From Felis catus (Eukaryota), in the NCBI RefSeq assembly GCF_018350175.1, contig NC_058373.1, positions 105,092,001 to 105,156,000 on the forward strand: 64,000 nucleotides of DNA. The letters run 5' to 3'. The translations under genes were made by a program, and so were the position numbers. The notes beneath the pieces were generated by a model. That model saw only the letters and a program-made list of their open reading frames with translations. It made no database searches and was not told the DNA's origin. This document shows positions 10,735 to 24,699 of this stretch, one piece after another. Position 1 is the first letter of the stretch. Each line of letters opens with the position of its first letter.

Positions 10735-12229
10735 GTAAGTGGAGTCAACGCTGCTCTGAACCTCGTGCCCTGGACACTGCTTGTCGTGAGGCTGTTGCTG
10801 TGGAATGTCATTTTTTTTTTTTTTTTCGCTACTTGAAATTGATTCCTCTACTAAGCAGCGCTTTCTGAAAATGAGGACGTGTTGAAAGAGTGAGAAATGA
10901 TCATTGTGTCTAATGCAGTCAGTCCGGCCCCTCTCTGAAGCAGTTAGCACTTTGGAAAGGCTGGTGCAGCCTTTCCATTGTTGTCCATTGGGCTAGTATT
11001 TTTAAACACTTCCTGTGTTGGCAGCAGCCTTTGCAGAAGTAAAGCTTTTGTCCTGTTTGGTTCTTTGGGGGATTTTTTGAAATTTTTTTCTTCCTCAATG
11101 CCAGCATGATTTTCTAAGGAAGGAATATGTGGATTGTGCAAGGGAGATAGCGGCTCTTCTCTGAAATTTTGTAGCTAAAATATTTGAAGGTGGACTAAAG
11201 CTAATAATGTTTTGTTTCAGTTCAATTGTTGTAGTAAATATTTTAAAACATACTACAACCTGAAAAGATACTCTTCTGAAGACAGCTAGTAGTGCAAACA
11301 TTGTATGTGATGTTTGAAGGGCAAGGAAGGTATAGCTTTGTGTAGTGCAGTGGCATTGAATGTTTCAGATCAGATATTTATTTGCCAGAGTGTTCCTCTT
11401 CAATTTGCATTATCTGTAAATGCACTGACTTTAAAAGGTATTTGATTCCTTACTCATTTACTGTCTCAGTGTATTAAGCTCTGAAATACAGCATTCCCCT
11501 AAACTTTGTTTTCCTATCTTCTGGAAATGACTTGTTACTTTCTTTACTGTTACTTGGAAAAACTTACTGGAAAAGGAAACATCATTTTCTACTTAAAAGT
11601 ATCATTTCTAAAGTGTACACTGTTACCTTTGCATTTAGCAGTGTTAGCTCCATTGAACTGAGCCTATATTGAAAACACTTAACTTTTAAAAAAAGGTAAA
11701 ATGACAAAGAGTAGCTATCATTCTCTTACCATCAAGATTAAGATGAATGGTAGCATAAAATTTGCCACATCTTTCAATGTATCATTCTGATCATGACCAT
11801 TTGCTAAAAAGTAGATATTTTTTAGTAAAGCTTATTTTTTTCTACACCAAGAAGATTAGTGTGATAAATTAGGTACAGCTCCAAGTTTTGAGCCATCAGT
11901 TCATATCTCTGCATTCATCAGCTGAATTTAGACTTAGATTTTTTAATATGTAGCTTTTAGCTAACGATTCCCCCAGATAATGCTCTCCTTATCAAAAGGA
12001 TTGGCTTCATTTCTTATCTATGCAGATATACTGTGTCCAAAGAGATATTGCCTTAATGTAGCTATATTATTAAACATTTAACCATGTCTTGTTAGTATTA
12101 ATCTTAACAGTGATACTTCTTCTAATTTTAAAACACAATTTCCAGGAGGCCATAAGTGAATAACTGAAAGTTTTATGAGACACTTACTATGAGTATACCT
12201 TTTCTGGTTTTGGAGGTTTTTTTATTTTG

Positions 12230-12348
12230 TATTTTTAATTTAATTTTATTATTATTATTAAGTAAGCTCTACACCCACCATGGGGCTTGAACTCACAACC
12301 CTGAGATCAGGAGTCGCATGCTGTACGAACTGAGCCAGCCAGGTGCCC
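12230..12348 (-). mobile_element. Short older CAN-SINE
   Basis: Ends in GAGCCAGCCAGGTGCCC. Confidence 0.8.
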
Positions 12349-12687
12349 GTTTTTTTTTTTTTGTTTGTTTGCTTCTTAATGTGTTCATTTCTTAAATTAT
12401 AGAATTGTTGAAACATTTTACATCTGGAAGAAAAAACATTATCATATTTCCTTGCTGATACTTCTCAGTTACTAAGAACTTAAACGTTTTCTGTTGTCAG
12501 GATATAGTTTATGCAGTAGGGGAATGCAAGTGCTTGCTTAAGGGGTATTTTCCAAGTTATTAATGCTCGTAATAAACAGTACTGTTAATATTCTTAGCAC
12601 TTTAAATGTAGAACCTTTTAATGTGGCTTAAGGTTGGAGTGTAGGGGAAAATACTAGTGACATTCACATTTTGTGTTCTTTCATCAG

Positions 12688-12798
12688 GCGGCGGATGAGC
12701 CTGCCTACCTGACAGTGGGAACTGATGTCAGTGCCAAGTACCGAGGTGCCTTCTGTGAGGCAAAAATTAAGACTGTGAAAAGGCTGGTAAAAGTTAAG
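12688..12798 (+). CDS. ARID4A: ARID4A exon 3 ([37 protein letters not shown]), Tudor domain
   Basis: tcatcag| acceptor, |gtaatt donor, 111 nt; translation matches ARID4A. Confidence 0.97.
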
Positions 12799-13712
12799 GT
12801 AATTTTTTTTTTTTTTTCATGCAACCTGGATTGAGGAGAGTTGGGGAGGGGGAGACTGCAAATCAACATTTTACTGAATCATGACTTCCTGAATCATTAT
12901 TATGTGAAAGCAAAGTTATATACAAATCTGTAGGAAAAGCACATTAAGAATTGAGAAATAAAGAACTCGAAATGAGAAGTTATTCCAAAATGCTTCTCTG
13001 AAAATACCACGTTCATGAGACTTCCTTTTATTTGGCTCTCTGCTGTTGTGGCATGCTTACTTAGGCTGTGATCTCTCTTCTCCCCTTTCGTAATGTTCAG
13101 GTAGAGATGATTTCAAGTGATTAGGAAAAATAATATAGTGGAATTGTTTTAAAGACCATGTTAAAAATGATTTAAGAATTTTATTTTTAAGGTCCTTTTA
13201 TGACCAGAAAAAAGTCATTGCATTATTTCTGTATAATATTTGGAAATACAGAAAAGTACCAAAAGATTAATACCCATCGCTTACCTCTCAGAAACTATTA
13301 ACATTTTCGTGTTTCATTCCAGTAGTTTTCCCACATAAATGTTTTTAATACTCGTACTTAAGTTACGAAAGTAATCCACACTTACTATAAACATCTTTAA
13401 CATTACAGAGCTATGTAAGAAAGTTCATGAAAGTCCTCTTTGATACTACTACAGAGAGATTTATATGGTCTGTCAGATATTGTGCAGAGCCTACTGTAAC
13501 AATATTGTTGTTGTTGTTGTTGTTATTGTTGTTAGATCATGCTGTACTTTCGGTTTTGCAGTTTGCTTTTCACTTACATACCTGATCTTTTCCTGCAAGA
13601 GTGAAGCACCATAAAAGGAGGAAATGTTTGACTTGTTCTATCCCCAACACCTAGACTAGTGCTTGATACATAGTAGACACTCAAAATAGTTGAATGGGTA
13701 AATGAACTGGAG

Positions 13713-13900
13713 CAGGTATTTTCAAAGTGTGGCCCTGGACTAGCAGCATCTGCTTCATCTGGGAACTTGTTTGAAATGCAGATTCTCAGGCCCTGACCCC
13801 AGACCTACTGAGTCAGAAAGTCTGGCAGTAGGGTCCAGTGATTGTGTTTTAATAAGCCCTTCAAGTGTTTCTGCTGCATGTTGACGTTTGAGAACCAGTG
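13713..13900. mobile_element. MER5A-like hAT-Charlie DNA transposon relic
   Basis: Hallmark segments TTCAAAGTGTGG, GAAATGCAGATTCTCAGGCCC, CCAGACCTACTGAGTCAGAA, TTTGAGAACCA. Confidence 0.8.
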
Positions 13901-14756
13901 AATTAGAAGAGTATGATTTGTGTGGTAGAGAAATAGATTTATCTGTGATTATTATGAGATTTGTGTTTCAATTTTGATCTGGTGGAATTTTTCTTCAAGT
14001 ATTCAGATATCATTTGACATTTCTTTGTTTCATTTGGCATTTTTACTATGTCAGCTATATGGGATTTGACTACTAAATATTTACTTGGACTTGAGAACTT
14101 AAACTTTCTGTTAGTATTGTGGCTCTAGATATACTTACTTAAAGTCAATACAGTGATTGGGGAGCTCTTATCATACATACATTATATAGAATTTCAATTT
14201 TCATATTTGGGTACTTGATCTATTTGAACGATTGCCCTGTATATATTTGGGAGAATCTGTAGTAAAAAAGAATACTTAATTTGTATGTGAAATACATATC
14301 ATGATTATTATTTCAGTTTATAAAGGACCAACAGGGTTCTGGTTTTAATTTGTTTACCTTGTATGTGGGCAATAATGTTTGATACTGTTTTTTAATACTT
14401 TGTGACAGAACTTTTTATAACTTGTTGATAAAGAACAATGAAGGCAGTTTTAAACTTTTATAGCAATCACTTCAAATTATAAATCTTGTATAGTTCATTA
14501 ATTCAGCAAACATTTATGAAGTGCCTGTAATACGCATTGACATTTGCTAACTGCTGGGGTTATAGTGACGAAGGAGGATTGTAGCCCTCAAGGAGCTCAC
14601 AATTAGTGAGAGAGACAATAAACGTAAATATTAGACAATGTAATAAGTATTAAAACAGAAGTAACCACAGGATGGTAAGAAGGCATAGATTAAAGACATC
14701 ATAAACATGTTGTTTTAAAAGTTAACATGCAAATTATTGTACAAAATGTCTTCCAG

Positions 14757-14822
14757 GTACTCCTGAAACAGGATAATACTACACAATTGGTGCAGGACGA
14801 TCAAGTAAAGGGTCCTTTAAGA
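14757..14822 (+). CDS. ARID4A: ARID4A exon 4 ([22 protein letters not shown])
   Basis: ttccag| and |gtatgt, 66 nt, in phase. Confidence 0.97.
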
Positions 14823-15816
14823 GTATGTATATTCTGCAGTTTAAAATCTGAAACCATGAATCACAAATACCTACAGTAAATTATTAAATTTTCTATTTGT
14901 AGACCGTTTTAAAATTTATAAGTATGTTAATCAGAAAACAAAAATACAAATGAAATGTTGTAGAGTTAGTATGTTATGATGTTACATTGGCTATATCCTT
15001 TAGAAAGGTAAATCATCTTACAGACAGTAATTTTAGTGTATATATAAACATGAGTTTTCAGCCACGTTTTGTTTTTAATTCTTAGATTGAATACCTCTTT
15101 TTTTTTTTACATTGTCGTCAGAGATATTTAGCCTGCTAAATAATATACTAGCATTATAACTTTGAATCTTCTGTTGTTCTAAGTTACCAAGTATGTTGAC
15201 TTCATAATTTAGCTTAGTGAGTACCTATATTGTGTTTTCCATCCATGTTCTGGCCAAACATTTCTAAGTTTATGTAATAAATCTTTGTTATGTCAGAGTA
15301 CCACTTCGGTTAATATCTGATAGACAAAGGTCTGGAAGCTGAAAGAAGGTCAACTGGTCCATCCCTCTCTCCTCAGGTGAACCTTTATCTAAAAGGTCCC
15401 TTAAATATGAATGGTGAATCCAGTGTTCAATATTTCTGTGAAAGAAAATTGAAGCTACTTTTGCTATCTTATGGTTTTCTGATTCTTATATTACACAATT
15501 CCCTTGAAGGCAATGTGATATAGTACAAAAGCTCTGAAGTAATACTTAAGAGACTGTGTTCTCATCCTCTCATCCGAGCCACACTATTCAATGTGTAAAA
15601 TAAGGATGATAATAACAACTATCTTACTAATGCCAAAGCATTTTGGGGTTCAGATTGCACGATAAATACATGAGTGCTATAAATGATAAAGATCTAAGTC
15701 AATGTATATAAGGTAGAATTATCATAAATGTATTTATTTTAACCCAGGTCATATAGTTCATGGGAGTGATTTGGTCTGTTTAAATTTGATAATGAAATTT
15801 CAATTTTGTGTTTTAG

Positions 15817-15907
15817 GTTGGAGCTATTGTTGAAACAAGGACATCTGATGGATCCTTTCAGGAAGCTATTATCAGCAAGTTGACAGATGCTAGTTGGTAT
15901 ACTGTGG
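15817..15907 (+). CDS. ARID4A: ARID4A exon 5 ([30 protein letters not shown])
   Basis: ttttag| and |gtaagt, 91 nt. Confidence 0.97.
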
Positions 15908-16115
15908 GTAAGTAGTTCATTTAATACATAGGATTTAATTTGGAGTTGCATATATTTTTATTTTGTAAATACACTGAATCATTATGTTGGCAGAAATAGG
16001 TATTATTTACTGTCAATTTACTTGATATAGTTGGCTGAAATTTTAATGATGGCTGCTGGTAACAAAAATAATATCTCTTTGGTCACTTGTGGCTATTTGA
16101 TCCAAGAAGGTACCT

Positions 16116-16245
16116 GGGGTGCCAGGGTGGCTCGGTTGGTTAAGAGTCCGACTCTTGACTTTGGCTCAGGTCATGATCTCATAGTTTGTTGAATTCGAGC
16201 CCCATGTTAGGTTCTGCTCTGAAAGCACAGAGCGTGCTTGGGATT

Positions 16246-16276
<31 letters not shown>

Positions 16277-17065
16277 GCTTTCAAAACAAACTTAAAACAA
16301 CAACAACAAAAAGAATGTACTTCTTTTTTAGGTTACCTAGATATTTCTTTTCAAGAAAGTTAAGTTATATGCTTATTTTTCTTCCATTAGAAAGTCAGTA
16401 CAAGTTAGTATTGTAAGTAATCAGACATTTTTACTTTTCCTGTAATTACAATTAAGGTTGCACAGCTGCAATCTTTTAATGTATTGTTGCTTGTTTTACA
16501 TAAGGATAATACAGATGTTACCACAAAATTTAAAGACTAAAAAAATTCTGGCTAGAGTAGATTCAAGTCTAGATGATCATAGCTTAATTTTTGATTTTTC
16601 ATTTAGTCAAGTCTCAACACCTTTCAGAAAAGATGTAGGTGCTACTATGGGGTGCCTGAGTGGCTCAGTCAATTAAGTGTCCACCTTCGACTCAGGTTAT
16701 GATCTTGTGGTTCTTGGGTTCAAGCCCCGCATCGGCCTGTCTGTCAGCACAAAGCCTGTTTCAGATCCTCTGTGCCCCTCTCTCTCTGCCCCTCACCTGC
16801 TCACACACACACTTTCTCTCTCTCAAAAATAAATAAACATTAAAAAAAAAAAAAAAAAAGAGGGGTGCCTGGATGGCTCAGTCGGTTAAGCATCCGACTT
16901 CTGCTCAGGTCATGATCTCACGGTTTGTGGATTCGGCCCTGCATTGGGCTCTGTGCTGACGACAGCTCAGAGCCTAGAGCCTGCTTCGGATTCTGTGTCT
17001 CCTTCTCTCTGCCCCTCCCCCACTTTGCTCTTTCTCTCAAAAATAAATATAAAAAATTTTTTAAA
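16116..17065 (+). mobile_element. Three CAN-SINEs (~16116-16312, 16649-16860, 16862-17065; last two tandem)
   Basis: Consensus heads and A tails. Confidence 0.9.
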
Positions 17066-17808
17066 TGTTGACTATAAAAAAAGGAAAGATACTTGTGCTG
17101 CTAATGAGAATGCATACTTAACATTCCATGCATAAGCTTACACTTGCTTTAAAAAACTTTAGGGAGTAGCAACAAGTGTCTTAATGCATGTAAACTAAAA
17201 CTTAAATGTACTACTTATATAGTTGCTGTTATTATGTTGATAAGAATAATAGTGATTAAGATTTCCTAATCTCCTCTCAGTACGTTCAAACTACACAATC
17301 CTGTGGATAACATCCATCCTTTATTTTATACTGAACATCTATAGCATTGTTTGGTTTTTACATTTATATCTTGGTATAAGTGGTGTAATTATGGTGTTGT
17401 GGTTTCCTTAAAGAAGGAAAGGAAATGATCCTGTAGGTTTACTTTTAGTTTACTTGATTTGTGGCTTTGGGTAAAAATCATTCATCTTCAGGTGATGCTC
17501 AAAGCTGTGAAGAATGTGCTTTGTTTAAAAATTGTACTTCTTGTGTCTTACTCTGTGGCTTCTATTAGTAGTAGCAGTTTGTTGTACGTAACTACTATTT
17601 TCTAACCATTTTTATTCTTCTTGGGCCTCTTAGAAAGCAGTGTCAGTTCACAATGGTGCTGTTACTATGAACTACGTATTTTTAGGAAGCTTGGTTGTGG
17701 CTGTTGATAGTTGTTAGAGATTTAAAAACTAAGTTTAATGTTAACTTTTAGAGATTAAGTAAATACAATTTTATTATATTAAAGCAGTGATAACAATTAC
17801 AGGCATTG

Positions 17809-18000
17809 AGAGGCACCTGGGTGACTCAGTTGGTCAAGCCTCCGACTCTTGGTTTTGGCTCGGGTCATGATCTCCCAGTTCGTGAATTCGAGCCCTCGTC
17901 CAGCTGTGCACTGACAGCGTGAAGCCTGCTTGGGATCCTCCTTCTCCCTCTGTCCCTGCCCTGCTCATGCTCTCTTTCTCTCTCTCAAAAGTAAAAAAAA
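17809..18000 (+). mobile_element. CAN-SINE
   Basis: Consensus; AATTACAGGCA on both flanks. Confidence 0.88.
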
Positions 18001-19635
18001 ATTACAGGCACTGATATGTGCAGAGTTATGCAAGATTATGTGATGTGTATTCAAATACTAATATTGCATCCTATTTGATATTTAATATCAAGGCTGCATT
18101 CACAGTACTTGTGAAGTTTTACTGATATAATGCTTGTGATTCTGCAGAAGCGATACTTCTCATGTTTTCACATTTGGGACTTCTGCACTCCAGAATAGCA
18201 GATCTTTATCCTTTACATGAATGGCATTTTAGCATTTCTAAAAGCTAGTTGCTACTGAGCATTCTCTGTGGTGATTTTCTGTGATGAGTAATTACAGAAG
18301 AAACTGTATAATTCTTTTTCTGAAAGAGCTTAGCATCTTAATTGCATGTAATTCGTGTATCAAGCATTAGTGTACATAAGAATCACTTGGTGTTTGTTTA
18401 AAAAATGAGGATTTGAGGACTCCAAATCTCTTCAATTTAGTAGGTCTGGAGATGGCAATCCAAGAATCTTTCTTTTTATAATTACATTGGGTGAATTTAA
18501 TGCAGGTATTACACATTAGTAAAGTAGTCCATACTTAGAAAAAATGGAGACTTATTCAGGAGAAAAATTCAAAATCTTTTAAGTTTTTTGCATCTTTGTA
18601 ATGATGGTAAGTGACCTAAAAAATCTAATATGTTAACAGGCACTGTTTACTTAAGTATGTTCAATATAGCAGTCTCTGCTATAAAGAATATTTAGATATT
18701 GAAGCATGTAGCCCACATAAAGAATGATTAGAGTATAATGAGCCTAAAAGATGGCAAAATAAAATGTGTCCTCTCTCACAGGTCATCTTCTATATTTTTC
18801 AATTAATTGAGTGACTACTACCTGTTGGGTTTAATTCCTCTTTTCTGAAATTCTTGGTTTCTAATTCCTAGTGAAGTGTTACATAGGTAGAATCAGAAAG
18901 TTATACCAAGTATTAATGATCTCCATATCACTTTTTTATTTTAAGAGATCTCAAAATTTGAGTATTAAAAACAAAAGAAAAGAGGATACCACACTACTGG
19001 TTTAGATCAAATAAGAGTTATGATCATTGGTGATCAAAAGCTACCTAATGAGTCTGATATTAACTTACATAATATAGGTACTTTTCCTACGATACCTGAA
19101 TAACCAATTATGAAAGAGACTATAGATCTAATATGAGCTAATTTTTAAAAATCTAATATTACCTTCCTCTTTAATGTTGAATAATAAGTGGCCTGAGTTT
19201 ATGGATTTTTTGTTTGTTTTTTGAGCCTTGGAAATATTTCCTCTTCATAACATAAAACAGTGCTTCCCTAGCATAGTTTATTCAATTGGCAGTTCTTATT
19301 TTTGCATTAAAGATAAGGAATCTGTAATGTAAAGAAGTGTATGGTTACCTTTCTAGTGGTTCAAAGGTATTAATTAGGATTGGAATTTGTATCTCCACTT
19401 GAATGTTGCCATTAACTCCTGGTAAATACAGCTGTCCATAAAACATTCTAAAACTGCTCTTCTTTTGCTTTTTTTGGAATATAAAAATAACACATTGTAC
19501 TTGAAAAATAAGGAAAATGTAAAGGACAGAATTGTTAATTTTAGTAATTTACATATAAAATGTATATTCATATGTACAATATATAAAATTTTACACTAAA
19601 ATTTATTTGATTATATATCTTTGTGACAAATGCTT

Positions 19636-19861
19636 TTTTTTTTTTCTTAATTTTTTTTAACGTTTATTTATTTTTGGGACAGAGAGAGACAGAGCATGAA
19701 CGGGGGAGGGGCAGAGAGAGAGGGAGACACAGAATCGGAAACAGGCTCCAGGCTCTGAGCCATCAGCCCAGAGCCCGACGCGGGGCTCGAACCCACGGAC
19801 CGCGAGATCGTGACCTGAGCTGAAGTCAGACGCTCAACCGACTGAGCCACCCAGGCGCCCC
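19636..19861 (-). mobile_element. Young felid SINE (SINEC_Fc-type), TSD TGACAAATGCTTTT
   Basis: TSD at 19624-19637 and 19862-19875. Confidence 0.93.
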
Positions 19862-20029
19862 TGACAAATGCTTTTTAAGACTCAAGATTTTTTCATGCTT
19901 TCTGGTTACTGTTTTGTACATCAATTGTATCAGATCTCACGGAAGTTATGGTTCATGGAGTAGAGGAGGTTTAGCTTAAACTGGTGAATGGACTGACTTT
20001 TGTAGAATGTGCTGTAGGCTTACTAAGGC

Positions 20030-20245
20030 TTTTTTTTTTTTTTTTTTTTTTTTTTAATGTTTATTTATTTTGAGAGAGAGCACACGTAAGCAGGGCAGAG
20101 AGACAGGGAGAGTCAGAATCCCACGCAGGCTCCGTGCTGTCAGTGCAGAGCTCAACTGGGGACGTGAACTCACCAACTGTGAGATCATGACCTGAGCCGA
20201 AATCTAGAGTCAGATGCTTAACCAACTGAGCTACCCAGGTGCCCC
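20030..20245 (-). mobile_element. CAN-SINE
   Basis: Long T tail; AAGGCTTTTT flanks. Confidence 0.9.
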
Positions 20246-21834
20246 AAGGCTTTTTAATTTAGTTAGAACCTCTTATGACAAGTGTTTTTATAATCAGAGT
20301 CAACCACAAATGTTTTCAAAACCAGGACTAGAAGATCATTTAGAAAGTACTAAGCAACAAAGAAATCTATGCCTTCCTGTGATGTGCTTTAACCTGTTGT
20401 TTAAATGGCCTTCCAAAAGACTTAGCATTCCCATGATATTTTGTCAATATCATTATACATTTGTTAAGTTTCTTGATTTCTGAAGTTCTGGACCTTGGCT
20501 GCAGAGGGATTTCTGTATCACAAATGAGTTTATGTAACAAAACTATTGGTTTTACCTAGAGTATGTAATTGTAAAGTTTTTATCCACTATGTGAAATATT
20601 TTAATTAATATATAAATGTATACATAAATATTTTATTAATTTTAACTGGTATACACAGATACAACAATAATATTTTCTTTTTGCAAAGTCAGAATTCTTG
20701 ACTTCTCTCCTGTGTTCATTTTATGCCTCTGCCCCACACCTATTTATTATGCATTTTGATTCCCCCTTAACAAAACTGTAGCTCATTGATTAGCCTTCTG
20801 ATTCTCAATTTCTTTATAAAAGAGGATAGGGATTCCTACCTGGCAGAGGCTGCTGTGAGAATTAGGACATGGTAGAAGCTTAATAGGTGATAGCCAATTA
20901 CATCTTTGGAGAGATAAAGTTAATTTACTATTGTTCTCTTACTATCCTCCAGCATCTAACAGTGCTATTTTCATGGGTAGATCTTTTTGTATTTAGTAGT
21001 TAGATAGATCCTTGTTGCTTTTGTTTCTTTTAATTCTCAAGTGTAGAGTTAGGCTTCATATATTTGTTTGCATTAGCATTGTTTTGTCTAGTCTGATCAA
21101 TTATTGAGAGAGACTTAGCTTTGTCATTTTCAAATTAAGTTTTTGTATCTGTACTTAACATAATAACAGAGATACTGCTTTTGTATGTTTTGCACTCAGT
21201 AGTCTATTTATTTAACTACCATTTTTGTCAAGTAGAAAACATTTCATAGAATTACTAAATCCTCATAGTCAGACTTTTTCCTCTTGGCATACTGTAATAG
21301 ACATCTTGAACTTAAAAAAAAGCTAAATATACTATATACACCAGTTTATATATACCAATTAATTATTTCACTCTTATTAAAATGCCAGAGTCACTCTTCA
21401 GTGCCTGAAGAGTGTTTGGTGTTCTTTTAGATGATATTCTAACATGGAAGTTATAGAGGAAACTTGTTCTAGATGGAACTTCTTCATGATTTTTATAATT
21501 GGGGATGTCTTGATTAATAGGTTCACTGTGTTGTTGGGGTTTCTATTTGTCTTTCAGAAAATCTTGAGAAGTTATGTAGCTTTTCAGACTTGTATAAAGT
21601 ACTCAAATACATACCTTTGTATAGTCCGTGAATTAAAAAAGAAAAAAAGTAAATTGTTTCTCTTTGTTCACTCAGAGTTGGAAGCATTCTTATATAAAAT
21701 CATAAAATTGTTGTTGGTGCCACAGTTCTCTTTTGAGAAGTTTTTTTGGTTCTTACATCATTTCTATCCATGATAAAGTATGTTGAAGTTAAAAGTATTT
21801 TTTCCTTCAAAAATCTGATTATTTCAGAGATTAT

Positions 21835-22044
21835 TTTAAGTTAGTTTATTTATTTATTTTGAGAGAGAGAGAGCACGTGCGAGAGCATGTGGGAGGGACA
21901 GAGAGAGGAAGAGAGAGAAAATCCCAACCAGGCTCCACACCGTCAGCGCATAGCCCGACATGGGGCTCTAACTCGCGAACTGTGAGATCAAGCCCTGCGC
22001 CAAAATCGAGAGTTGGACACTTAACTGAGCCAACCAGGCACCCC
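21835..22044 (-). mobile_element. CAN-SINE
   Basis: Consensus match. Confidence 0.88.
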
Positions 22045-23134
22045 TTAAAGTGATTATTTTAAAAAAACAAGAATTAAAGATTTTAAATTGTTGAAATTTC
22101 TCATCAGAACATTCTTATTTGAGGCTGCCATTGATTAATGATGAAACACTGTGGAAAACATTTTGCATAAATTTGATATTATGGGTTGTTCTGATATTCT
22201 CATGTTCCTTCCTCACACCTCCACTTAAATGTGTGTGCACATGGGTGTGTATGTGTGTGTCCGTTGTTACCATCTTATATATTGTAGCCTTTAAGGAAAA
22301 TTGGAACTTTTAAGCTTTTATTCTTTAATATACTTATGGATATTAATACAAACATGAAGGATTATTTTAAGTTTGGTATAATAATTTCATGATCTTGAAG
22401 TTTTAAAAGAACAGTGGTGTATTTATTAGATTTGATGACACCATATGAATCATAATTTTGTTACAAATGTTTAGAGCACTGTTAATCAAGTGTAGATTAG
22501 TAATGTAATTGTTGGAGGATATTGTGTTTTATCCTGTCGTTGTGTTTGCAGCGGTCATTAATTTCTGCGTTATTGACTGTACAACACGGCTCCTTTTGTG
22601 CAAACATGGTTCTCTGAATATGTGCTTCAGGAACTTTTCATTTTCTCTGCATTGTCTCCTGCATGTAAGAGAATTTAAACTAGATGTCTTTACTTTTGGA
22701 GAAAGAACTGACTGAGGTAGATAAATACTGAAGAAGTTGAGTGCTCTTACATAAGTTCTTAGCATGAAAAAAATAAGTTAATGATTAAATATTATTAAAG
22801 CAAAGTAATGTAGAGTTTCCCTTTATTAACATTAATTTATTCTGTTAGAATGAAAAAGCACCTAGAATTATGGAAGTTGGGATTACATCTTAAAATAACT
22901 ATTTCTGTGTATATGCCTTCCTGTGTATATGTTATTTTCATACAATACACAAACATATATTGATATGTGTTTGCATTATAAGTATCTGAGGTAAGGATTC
23001 CACCTTTTTATATTTTATTTCTTCATAATGATGGGCAATCAGATGTCTTCTGAGAGCATTTTCTTTTTAATACACTTGGTAACTGTTAGATGTTAAAATA
23101 AGAGTATGTTTCTGGAAAATTAAGCCTATAAAAT

Positions 23135-23359
23135 TTTTTTTTTTAAATTTTTTTTTCAACATTTTTATTTATTTTTGGGACAGAGAGAGACAGAGCATGA
23201 ACGGGGGAGGGGCAGAGAGAGGGAGACACAGAATCGGAAACAGGCTCCAGGCTCCCAGCCATCAGCCCAGAGCCTGACGCGGGGCTCGAACTCACGGACC
23301 GCGAGATCGTGACCTGGCCGAAGTCGGACGCTTAACCGACTGTGCCACCCAGGCGCCCC
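23135..23359 (-). mobile_element. Young felid SINE (SINEC_Fc-type)
   Basis: Near-identical to the copy at 4705-4937. Confidence 0.93.
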
Positions 23360-24008
23360 TAAAATTTTTTTTTTTTAATGTAGTAAAAGTAAAAACTTCT
23401 GAGAAAGCTTCTGTGTAATTATAACTGACTTTTGAAATTTAAGAAAATTTCATCTTTCTGATGTTTCCCTGTTTCAACCTTTAATTCTAAATTTCTTAAT
23501 CCTTCTCCAGCAAAAGAAAAATGTTGAATCTTATGACTTTAGAATTTGCTACCCAATAGACTTCTACTAAGGGAAGTTATCATGCAAATAAGTAGAGGTA
23601 GTACAATAATCCAAGAAGCATTCCTAGAAGTCAAACAGTTTCTGGAAGTTAGAGATACTTCATTGATAACTGTTCTGAACAAAACCCATAATACTTCTTT
23701 TTTTGTAAACCAGGTTTTTTTTTTTTTTTTTTTTTGCTCATTCTTCCAGGATTAAAGGTAGTTTAATCACTGGTGCTTTGATTAGGTTGCTAAGTGAATG
23801 GAGACACTTAGGCAGTTGGGAGCAGCCATGTAACCTGTGTTCAGTATCTACAGAATGAGAAATGTACTGTGTACATTTTAAAAGCTTTTAAAAAAAAAAA
23901 TGGTTCTTACAAATATTAAGCCTTAACTAAATAGCAGCAATATCGTTCTCTGCAGTGACATGTTTACTTAGTGTGTATAAATTCTCTGATATCTCTTGCT
24001 TCTTGTAG

Positions 24009-24088
24009 TGTTTGATGATGGTGATGAGAGAACACTGAGACGCACTTCACTTTGCCTAAAAGGAGAGAGACATTTTGCCGAGAGTGAG
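24009..24088 (+). CDS. ARID4A: ARID4A exon 6 ([27 protein letters not shown])
   Basis: ttgtag| and |gtaggg, 80 nt. Confidence 0.97.
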
Positions 24089-24177
24089 GTAGGGTTACAT
24101 GGATGGACTTTTTGAGTTGAATAACTTCTAACATCAAGGCAAGATGTGATTTAATTTGTCTGTTGTTTCTTATCTAG

Positions 24178-24272
24178 ACACTTGACCAGCTTCCCTTAAC
24201 AAATCCAGAGCATTTTGGAACTCCTGTAATTGCAAAGAAGACGAACAGAGGAAGGAGGTCATCTCTTCCTGT
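24178..24272 (+). CDS. ARID4A: ARID4A exon 7 ([32 protein letters not shown])
   Basis: atctag| and |gtgagt, 95 nt, after an 89-nt intron. Confidence 0.97.
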
Positions 24273-24699
24273 GTGAGTGTTTCATATACAGTAATATTAC
24301 AGTTATTACAACATTAAACAAATGAGTCTTCTAAGATGGCTAAAATTGTTCAGGTAACTTTTCCATAGTATCTTGTATCATTATGTTAGACATTTTACCT
24401 TGAGCAGACCTTGTTCTTAATTATTCCCATTACTCTGAGAATTATCATAACTCCCTTTTCAAAAAGGAGTATTTTTGTCTTGAGTTACTTTGCCAAATTT
24501 AATTGATACGATGTGCTTTTCTATTTTAAGTGAGTATATGTATTTTTTAACCTTTTTATTTCAAAAACATTCCAAACTTAAAAATTGTGCAATAAACTTT
24601 CATATACTCATCATCTAGATTCAGTAATTGTTAAAGTTTTTGGCACATTTGCTTTATCATTCCCTCTGTGGATATGTAACTATTTTTTAACTTAATGAT

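Larger units (their letters stand above)
8330..10800. promoter_or_regulatory. CpG island / bidirectional promoter of ARID4A and the divergent antisense transcript
   Basis: Abrupt GC- and CpG-rich block in AT-rich surroundings. ETS motif ACTTCCGG 8776-8783, YY1-like AAAATGGCG 9007-9015, CCAAT array 9119-9397, GC boxes. Confidence 0.93.

Noticed and set aside
8415..10950. Many overlapping 60-216 aa ORFs in the CpG island
   Set aside because: Stop-poor GC-rich sequence open in all frames; low-complexity G/P/R/A products with no recognisable domain.
21392..21414. Hairpin CACTCTTCAG-TGC-CTGAAGAGTG containing CAGTGC (IRE-like)
   Set aside because: CAG is paired in the stem, there is no 5-bp upper stem with a C bulge, and the site is intronic.
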